From NCBI GenBank assembly GCA_035542115.1, contig DATKMC010000069.1, forward strand, positions 20,240-52,239: 32,000 bases of DNA, given 5' to 3'. The position numbers and the translations under genes are program-made. The stretch is from Methanomicrobiales archaeon. GTDB lineage: Archaea; Halobacteriota; Methanomicrobia; Methanomicrobiales; JACTUA01. Below are positions 26,420 through 32,000 of this stretch, piece by piece. The notes beneath the pieces were generated by a model. It was not told the origin of the DNA and did no database searches. It saw only the letters and a program-made list of their open reading frames with translations. Positions within the stretch are counted from its first letter, which is position 1, and every line of letters starts with the position of its first letter.

Positions 26420-26481
26420 CCAGTAGCCACCCTTTTCCGCCTGTTCCACCATGAAAAGAGAGGAGGCCTGCCCTTCAGCAA

Positions 26482-26489
26482 TTTTAATA
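26482..26489 (+). promoter_or_regulatory. TATA box (TTTTAATA) of tRNA-Val
   Basis: An AT-rich octamer 26 nt upstream of mature tRNA position 1, set in otherwise GC-rich sequence. Confidence 0.6.
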
Positions 26490-26515
26490 GGATCGCCGCC
26501 TCACCACTCTAGGGC

Positions 26516-26590
26516 GGGCTTGTGGTCTAGGCTGGTTATGATACCGCCTTTACAAGGCGGGGATCAGCGGTTCGAATCCGCTCAAGCCCA
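26516..26590 (+). tRNA. tRNA-Val (anticodon UAC)
   Basis: Hand-folded cloverleaf. The acceptor stem is GGGCTTG/CAAGCCC plus discriminator A. The anticodon stem is CCGCC/GGCGG with loop TTTACAA. The T-arm is AGCGG-TTCGAAT-CCGCT. No CCA is encoded. A TATA box lies 26 nt upstream. Confidence 0.9.
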
Positions 26591-26742
26591 TCGGAAACGC
26601 ATGTTCACGGGGGGGCACCCCATTGTCGGGGGTGCCGGGTTGTCACGGGTTGTCCTATCGACAGACGGTATTCCGGCGCGCTTCACTACTCTTATTACCT
26701 GCGATACCGAGAACATCATAGCAGGCGAGGTTGGAACGTTCC

Positions 26743-27084
26743 ATGGCTCCCGAAAAGAAATCGGTCCTCCTTTTCACGACTTACAAATTCAGGGACGAGA
26801 CGAATCTCACAGTGCGACGGGGTATCCAGATGGCAGCGAAAATGACCGTCGGGGACACCGTCTGGCTGCAGTCCCGCGAGGGAGGGGATCAGCGAAAGGC
26901 CCTCGTTACCGGGCTGAAGGTGAAGCGGTTCCGGGATATCCGGGAACAGGAGCTCGCCGTCGAACATGACCCCCAGTGCCGGAGCTGGAATGCCCTCTTT
27001 GCCACCATGAAGAAGCTCTACGATGATTTTGACGAGATGGAGATCGTCACCATGATTTATTTTACGACGGAAGAGGGGGAGTAA
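26743..27084 (+). CDS. ASCH (PUA-like) domain protein
   Basis: 113 aa from ATG 26743; the ORF track starts at TTG 26731. The beta-barrel-like pattern is ...LTVRRG...VGDTVWL...KALVTGLKVKRFRDIREQELAVEH...LYDDFDEMEIVTMIYF. G+C is visibly lower than in neighbouring genes. Confidence 0.65.
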   Translation: MAPEKKSVLLFTTYKFRDETNLTVRRGIQMAAKMTVGDTVWLQSREGGDQRKALVTGLKVKRFRDIREQELAVEHDPQCRSWNALFATMKKLYDDFDEMEIVTMIYFTTEEGE

Positions 27085-27206
27085 ACCGTCCCTGCGAAGG
27101 GGTGTATTCCCCCGCCGTCCGGTTCCCACCCCGGTGTCGCACCGGTATTCGCCGGGATCGAAACGAATTTGAGACCCCAAACCCCGGAATAGCTGGGGGA
27201 AGAGCC

Positions 27207-28421
27207 GTGGAAGGAGATACCGGTAAGGAGAAGATCTACAGGGAAGCCCTCCAGCTCCATGAAAGACACCGGGGAAAACTGGAGATTCACTCGAAGGTAC
27301 CCCTGGAGAACAGGCAGGATCTTTCGCGGGCATATACCCCCGGCGTTGCCGAGGTATGCCGGGCAATCCAGAAGGACAGGAACCTCGCCTACCGGTATAC
27401 CCTCAAGGGAAATTCCGTCGCCATTGTTACCGATGGATCGGCGGTCCTTGGTCTCGGGAACATCGGTCCCTATGCAGCCATCCCGGTGATGGAGGGCAAG
27501 GCCATCCTCTTTAAAAAATTCGCGAATATCGATGCCTTTCCCATCTGCTTTGAGAGCTATCACACCGGCTTCGTGGACGAGGTGCGGAACATCGCCCCGG
27601 TCTTCGGCGGGATAAACCTGGAGGACATCGCCGCACCGAAATGCTTCGAGGTGGAGGAGGCCCTCCAGGACATCGGGATACCGGTGATGCATGACGACCA
27701 GCATGGCACGGCCATCGTGGTCCTCGCCGCCCTCATCAATGCCTGCAAGGTCACGAAAAAGAGCTTTGAGGACCTGCAGATCGTGGTATGCGGTGCCGGG
27801 GCTGCGGGGTACGCCATCGTGCGCCTCCTGGGGTGTATCGGGTACGGTCCCAATGTCTGCCGGAAGGTCCGGGACATCGTTGTCTGTGACACGAGGGGGA
27901 TCATTCATCGGAAAAGGGAGGGCCTCTACACGAATAAATACAAGTTCATCCTCGCCGATGAAACCAACCATGCCGGGAAAACGGGGACCCTCGCTGATGC
28001 CGTGGAGGGAGCGGACGTTCTCATTGGCGTTTCTTCCCCGGGGGTGTTCACCGAAAAAATGATCCGGTCCATGAATGACGATCCCATTGTGTTTGCCATG
28101 GCAAACCCGGTTCCTGAGATCATGCCCCACCTGGCGAAGAAAGCAGGTGCCTCGGTGGTGGGAACCGGCAGGAGCGATTTCCCTAACCAGATCAACAATG
28201 CCCTGGCCTTCCCCGGGGTCTTCAGGGGGGCCCTGGATGTGTTTGCCACGAGGATGAGCGAGGAGATGAAGGTTGCCGCCGCCCACGCCCTCGCAGGGTA
28301 TGTGCCAGAGCTCGACCCGGAACACATCGTCCCTGCCGTCCTTGACCGGGAGGTCACCATGCAGGTGGCAGCCGGAGTGAGGGAGGCGGCTATTGTCTCA
28401 GGTTGCGCGAGGAATATTTAA
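27207..28421 (+). CDS. NAD(P)-dependent malic enzyme (oxaloacetate-decarboxylating malate dehydrogenase)
   Basis: Motifs AYTPGVA, VTDGSAVLGLGNIG, VCGAGAAG and NNALAFPG are present. GTG 27207, with GGGGGA 7 nt upstream, gives about 404 aa. The ORF-track start at 27102 adds an Arg/Pro-rich, non-homologous leader. Confidence 0.9.
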   Translation: MEGDTGKEKIYREALQLHERHRGKLEIHSKVPLENRQDLSRAYTPGVAEVCRAIQKDRNLAYRYTLKGNSVAIVTDGSAVLGLGNIGPYAAIPVMEGKAILFKKFANIDAFPICFESYHTGFVDEVRNIAPVFGGINLEDIAAPKCFEVEEALQDIGIPVMHDDQHGTAIVVLAALINACKVTKKSFEDLQIVVCGAGAAGYAIVRLLGCIGYGPNVCRKVRDIVVCDTRGIIHRKREGLYTNKYKFILADETNHAGKTGTLADAVEGADVLIGVSSPGVFTEKMIRSMNDDPIVFAMANPVPEIMPHLAKKAGASVVGTGRSDFPNQINNALAFPGVFRGALDVFATRMSEEMKVAAAHALAGYVPELDPEHIVPAVLDREVTMQVAAGVREAAIVSGCARNI

Positions 28422-28488
28422 CCGCCGGGCGGTCCCTCCACCCGGTGATCACCCCAACCCTCATCATCTCCCCGTTCCACTCCTGATC

Positions 28489-28836
28489 ATGGCCGGGAAG
28501 AAGCCGGAAGGGGACGGGGTAAAGGCCTGCAGCCCGCTGGAGGAGGGGCAGCGGTGCGCGAAGGAGGGGAGACACGAGGAGGCCATCAGCCACTTCGACG
28601 AGGCCATCCGGGAAAACCCGCGGTCCACCGACGCATGGCTCGGGAAATGCAACGAGCTGAAATCCCTCGAGCGGTACAGCGAGGCCCTCGAGTGCTATGC
28701 CACGGCGCTTTCGATTGACCCGAAGTCCTGCCAGGCCTGGATCGCGAAGGGAAACACCCTCGTGAAGCTCAGCAGGCAGGACGAGGCCCTCGAGTGCTTC
28801 GGGATGGCGAGAAAGGTTGGGAGCAGGAAGAGCTAG
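28489..28836 (+). CDS. Small TPR-repeat protein (about 3 repeats)
   Basis: From ATG 28489 the protein reads MAGKKPEG.... TPR signatures include AISHFDEAIRENP, AWLGKCNELKSLERYSEALECYATALSIDP and AWIAKGNTLVKLSRQDEALECF. Confidence 0.75.
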   Translation: MAGKKPEGDGVKACSPLEEGQRCAKEGRHEEAISHFDEAIRENPRSTDAWLGKCNELKSLERYSEALECYATALSIDPKSCQAWIAKGNTLVKLSRQDEALECFGMARKVGSRKS

Positions 28837-28893
28837 GCGCCGGCCTTCCCTTTTCAGCGACTCTTTTCCTGGATCCGCAGCCCGTTCCCCGTA

Positions 28894-30072
28894 TTATCCG
28901 ACCCTTATCCCGTTCTCCGTCGCGATATCCGTGAAGGCCCGGGCGAGGTGCCCGCACTGCTCCTTCGTGAGGCCGTAGGTATTGAACTTCCAGACCCGCG
29001 TCGCCCCGGGGATGACCCCGCCGATGCCCCGGTCGCCGAGGGCACTCGTGAAGAAGTACCCCCGTTTCCGGTGGGTCTGGGCGACCGTGTCGAAGGAGTC
29101 CCTCGTGTCAACCCGGGTCAGGGTGTGCCTCCTCGGGTACTCCGAGAGGATAACGGTCCCCTCGATGGACCGGAGGGCGTCGATCACGACCTTCCCGTTC
29201 GCAAGCTCCTCCTGCCAGCGGTTCACCCGCTCCTTCACCGCCGGGAAGGAGGCCATCATCCCCATGACCGTCGCGCCCATGAGGGTGCAGCCGAGGAGCT
29301 CCACCTCCTTCACCCCGAACTGGCGCCGGGTGAGGTCGCCCCGCGTCTTCGTCGTCCGAAGGACCTCGGCCGCATATTCCTTCGTCGTGGCAAGGACTCC
29401 TGAGGGGGCCGGTGAGGCCATGCTCTTGTGCCCCGAACCGACGACGAAGTCCACCCCCAGCTCCTTCCCGTCGACGGGGAGGATGCCGACCGAGTACGCC
29501 CCGTTGTAGAGGACCCGGATGTCATGGGCATGGGCGGCCTTTGCGATCTCCCGCACCTCGTGCTCGTTGCCGAACTGGTAGTCAAAGTGGTCGACGAAGA
29601 GGAGGGCCGGGGGCTTCCCGAACTCCCGGGTCACCTCCTCGATCCTGGCGGCCGCTGCATCGCCGGTGATCCGGTTCCCCGCATCCTTTGGGATCTCCCG
29701 GGGGATCCCTCTCGCCCCCTCGATGGCAAGGAAGCTCGTGTAATGGGAGAGGGCGGTGAGGAGGACGGGCGCCCCCTTCTCCACGTACGTGTCGGCGACG
29801 GCCTGGAAGCCCCGCCGGGCACCGGGCATGACCCTTGCCTCGTCCATGTGCACGAAGGCCGCGAGGTCACGGTGGAAGGCGTCTATGGGCGGTTTTTTGA
29901 TGGCGTCCAGCCGGAAGGGCCTCCGGCAGTTGTCGCAGACCGAGTACCCGTCCCCGTAGGCGATGACAGCCTTCATGGCCTCGGGGGTGAGCCGTCCCCC
30001 GGCCTGGATGGGGTCGATGTTGATGGCGAGCTCCTCGAGCTCCCTGACCTCGATGTCCCCCGTGCATCTCAT
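28894..30072 (-). CDS. pscS: O-phospho-L-seryl-tRNA(Cys):Cys-tRNA synthase (SepCysS)
   Basis: From ATG 30072 the protein reads MRCTGDIEVRELEELAINIDPIQAGGRLTPEA...GDGYSVCDNC...GSGHKSMASPAPSG (PLP Lys). It aligns by eye to the Archaeoglobus SepCysS pattern. The ORF-track extension to 30387 is non-homologous. Confidence 0.9.
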   Translation of the reverse strand: MRCTGDIEVRELEELAINIDPIQAGGRLTPEAMKAVIAYGDGYSVCDNCRRPFRLDAIKKPPIDAFHRDLAAFVHMDEARVMPGARRGFQAVADTYVEKGAPVLLTALSHYTSFLAIEGARGIPREIPKDAGNRITGDAAAARIEEVTREFGKPPALLFVDHFDYQFGNEHEVREIAKAAHAHDIRVLYNGAYSVGILPVDGKELGVDFVVGSGHKSMASPAPSGVLATTKEYAAEVLRTTKTRGDLTRRQFGVKEVELLGCTLMGATVMGMMASFPAVKERVNRWQEELANGKVVIDALRSIEGTVILSEYPRRHTLTRVDTRDSFDTVAQTHRKRGYFFTSALGDRGIGGVIPGATRVWKFNTYGLTKEQCGHLARAFTDIATENGIRVG

Positions 30073-30251
30073 CGGAGCAGCTCCTCCTCGAGGATACTGA
30101 CCTGCTGCCTCAGGTCTGCAAGGGACCTCCGAACCGCCTCCCGGTCCTCGCCGGAGAGCTCGTGGGAGGGGGCGGTCCTCCGGAGGATCACCCGGATGTC
30201 GGTAAGGGTGAAGAGGCCCTGGAAAACGGCGTCGACTGCTCTTCGCGACAT
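30069..30251 (-). CDS. Small helical/coiled-coil protein translationally coupled to SepCysS (candidate truncated SepCysE-like / SepCysSn)
   Basis: 60-aa ORF with an ATG start. Its TGA overlaps the SepCysS ATG (ATGA at 30069-30072). Third-position G+C is high. The C-terminal half, REAVRRSLADLRQQVSILEEELLR, is heptad-like. A TATA-like TATCTATAC lies about 30 nt upstream on the minus strand. Confidence 0.55.
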   Translation of the reverse strand: MSRRAVDAVFQGLFTLTDIRVILRRTAPSHELSGEDREAVRRSLADLRQQVSILEEELLR

Positions 30252-30370
30252 AGCATCGCATAGAACTATCAGGGCACGGGTATAGATAGCTGGTGATCGG
30301 GGGCCCTTTCACCTTCGCCCCACCCGCATGAGCTCTATATGCGGGGCGGTGGTACCCGGGCAGGGGAGAG

Positions 30371-31525
30371 ATGAGATTCGTCCACATCGGTGACAGCCAC
30401 CTGGGCCTCTCGCAGTTCAGCCGCCTGGACGAGGACGGCGGGAACCTGCGGGAGCGCCTCGTCTATGACCACTTCCTCGCCGCCATCGATGCCATCCTTC
30501 GCCTGCGGCCGGATGCCCTCGTCCATGCCGGCGACCTCTTCCAGTCGGTACGGCCCCGGACCCGCGCCTACATCACCGCCCTCGAGGCCATAACCCGGCT
30601 CGGGGATGCCGGGATCCCCCTCGTGGTCATCGCCGGGAACCATGACATGCGGAGGTCCCGGTACACCCCCTCGCCCTTCGAGATCCTCGGATACCATCAC
30701 GCGCCCTTCCATGCCGCCTATGGTTCCGGTTACCAGCACGTCGACCTCGGGGATACCCGTTTCCACCTCATCCCCAACCTCCTCCAGCCAGACCAGTACC
30801 GGGAGGAGTTCGACCGTATCGAACCCGCGAAGGACAGGAGGAACGTGCTCGTCACCCACGGCCTCGCAAGCACTCTCAGGGACCGCCGGCTCGGCACGGT
30901 CATGGAGCACGAGATCGACACCACCATGCTCTCCCCGGCCTTCGACTACATCGCCCTCGGGCACTTCCACGGCCAGGCGCAGGTGGCGGACAATGCCTGG
31001 TACTGCGGTTCCCAGGAGTACATCAGTTATGCCGAGGCGGGGGACACGAAGGGGGGCCTCCTCGTCGACCTGGAGGAGGGCTCGGTGGTGCACCTGGACC
31101 TCCCCTGCAGCCACCTGAAAGACCTGGGGGAGTTGGACTGCACCTCCCTCACCTCCCGGGAGATCGGGGAGGAGATCGCCCACCGGGCGCAGGCGGCCGG
31201 TGAGCCGGGGGAGCCGGCCATGGCCATTATCACCCTCGCGGGGGCGGAGAGGCGGACGCTCCAGGCCATGGACCCGGCCCTCCTCCAGGAGGCGAGGGAC
31301 CGGTTCCTCGACCTGAAGATCGCCGCCCGCTCCACGCCGCAGGGGGCCCCGCTCGCGGGGGGCAGGCGGGACCTCGCCGGGGTGGACTACGGAGAGCTCT
31401 TCGGGGAGTACCTGAAGGACCGGGGCCTGGACGAGGCCAGGCACCGGTTCGTCCTCTCGAAGGGCCGCGAGGTGATCCGGAAGGTCATGGCCGGCGAGGG
31501 AGGGGGCGGGGATGCAGCTCCTTAA
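30371..31525 (+). CDS. mre11: DNA double-strand break repair nuclease Mre11
   Basis: Phosphoesterase motifs are HIGDSHLG, HAGDLF, GNHD, THG and GHFH. The ORF is 384 aa. Confidence 0.9.
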   Translation: MRFVHIGDSHLGLSQFSRLDEDGGNLRERLVYDHFLAAIDAILRLRPDALVHAGDLFQSVRPRTRAYITALEAITRLGDAGIPLVVIAGNHDMRRSRYTPSPFEILGYHHAPFHAAYGSGYQHVDLGDTRFHLIPNLLQPDQYREEFDRIEPAKDRRNVLVTHGLASTLRDRRLGTVMEHEIDTTMLSPAFDYIALGHFHGQAQVADNAWYCGSQEYISYAEAGDTKGGLLVDLEEGSVVHLDLPCSHLKDLGELDCTSLTSREIGEEIAHRAQAAGEPGEPAMAIITLAGAERRTLQAMDPALLQEARDRFLDLKIAARSTPQGAPLAGGRRDLAGVDYGELFGEYLKDRGLDEARHRFVLSKGREVIRKVMAGEGGGGDAAP

Positions 31526-32000
31526 ACTGCAGATGCGGAACTTCCGGCGGTACCGGCACCAGGACGTGGTGTTCCGGGACGGTATCACGGGCATCCTCGG
31601 GAACAACGGCACGGGCAAGAGCACCATCGTCGAGGCCATCCTCTTCTGCCTCTACGGGGTGAAGGAGACCGGCCTCGAGTACATCCTGAGCGCCACCGCG
31701 GGTCCCCGGGACCGGGCCGAGGTGCGCCTCGACTTCTCGGTCCGGGGCGACGAATTCCAGATCGTCCGGAGCCTCGGTCCCCGGAAAAAGCACGAGGCCC
31801 AGCTGAACCGAGGGGGGGTGCTCCTCGCGAAGGGCGTATCCGAGGTCCACGAGGCCCTCGGGGGGGTCATCCGGATGGGACAGGCGGACTTCAGGCACAC
31901 CATCTTCTCGGGCCAGAAGGAGCTCCTCGCCCTCCTCGATGCCACCCCCGAGGGCCGGAAGCAATGGTTCCGGAAGGTCCTCGGGATAGACAGCCTGAAG
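31512..32000 (+). CDS. rad50: DNA double-strand break repair ATPase Rad50 (N-terminal fragment, continues beyond the window)
   Basis: This ORF is not in the track because there is no stop in the window. My own translation from ATG 31512 is MQLLKLQMRNFRRYRHQDVVFRDGITGILGNNGTGKSTIVEAILFCLYG..., containing the Walker A motif. It overlaps the mre11 end by 14 nt. Confidence 0.9.
   Translation, partial: MQLLKLQMRNFRRYRHQDVVFRDGITGILGNNGTGKSTIVEAILFCLYGVKETGLEYILSATAGPRDRAEVRLDFSVRGDEFQIVRSLGPRKKHEAQLNRGGVLLAKGVSEVHEALGGVIRMGQADFRHTIFSGQKELLALLDATPEGRKQWFRKVLGIDSLK

Noticed and set aside
26417-26463. ORB or mini-ORB-like strings GTTCCAGTAGCCAC and GTTCCACCATGAAAAGAGAGGAGG, about 1.1 kb downstream of cdc6.
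   Set aside because: These are only partial matches to the TCCA-N3-GAAA core as I recall it. The second has one extra nucleotide and the first lacks the GAAA half. No AT-rich unwinding element is adjacent. Both would be worth including in a formal ORB motif scan, but they are not supportable by eye.
26451-26969. 172-aa plus-strand ORF.
   Set aside because: It reads through tRNA-Val (26516-26590) and its promoter, and it is out of frame with the ASCH gene. It is not coding.
30073-30387. 105-codon N-terminal extension of SepCysS (ORF up to 30387), which overlaps the mre11 start.
   Set aside because: The extension sequence is non-homologous and Pro/Arg-rich, and it crosses the divergent promoter. 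SepCysS homology starts near ATG 30072. The alternative frame contains the compact 60-aa ORF.

Overview
High-G+C archaeal chromosomal segment. The gene content is typical of a methanogen, probably Methanomicrobiales-like; this is an inference from mch, SepCysS, aTrm56, TFE, Orc1/Cdc6 and TTTAWATA-type TATA boxes about 25-30 nt upstream of start codons. I call about 37 genes, densely packed, with many 4-19 nt start/stop overlaps. From left to right: (1) a tetrapyrrole cluster sirC-hemA / hemB-hemL-hemC-cobA with ilvD fused onto its 3' end, and a small EF-Tu-domain-2-like gene on the opposite strand; (2) beta-carbonic anhydrase, a small Cys-rich thioredoxin-fold-like protein, a TPR protein, a secreted 7-bladed beta-propeller, a lipoprotein-like protein, an AlkD-like repair protein and tRNA-Leu(GAG); (3) an ACT-domain regulator, then a minus-strand operon wHTH-aTrm56-ATP-grasp-TFE-HD; (4) UPF0280, a DUF255 thioredoxin-domain protein and an ADP-forming acetyl-CoA synthetase; (5) two uncharacterised genes and a GC-rich hairpin-repeat spacer directly upstream of orc1/cdc6, then mch and tRNA-Val(UAC); (6) a visibly lower-G+C block (ASCH, malic enzyme, small TPR); (7) SepCysS preceded by a coupled 60-aa ORF, divergent from mre11-rad50 (rad50 runs off the window). 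I see no transposase, integrase, CRISPR array or recognisable defence system, so most of the window is ordinary core genome. The observations most worth a second look are: the hairpin-repeat element upstream of cdc6, with a related copy between TFE and the HD gene; the uncharacterised gene pair next to cdc6; the small ORF translationally coupled to SepCysS; and the structured spacer between mch and tRNA-Val. All functional calls rest on motif recognition by eye. No database search was run.
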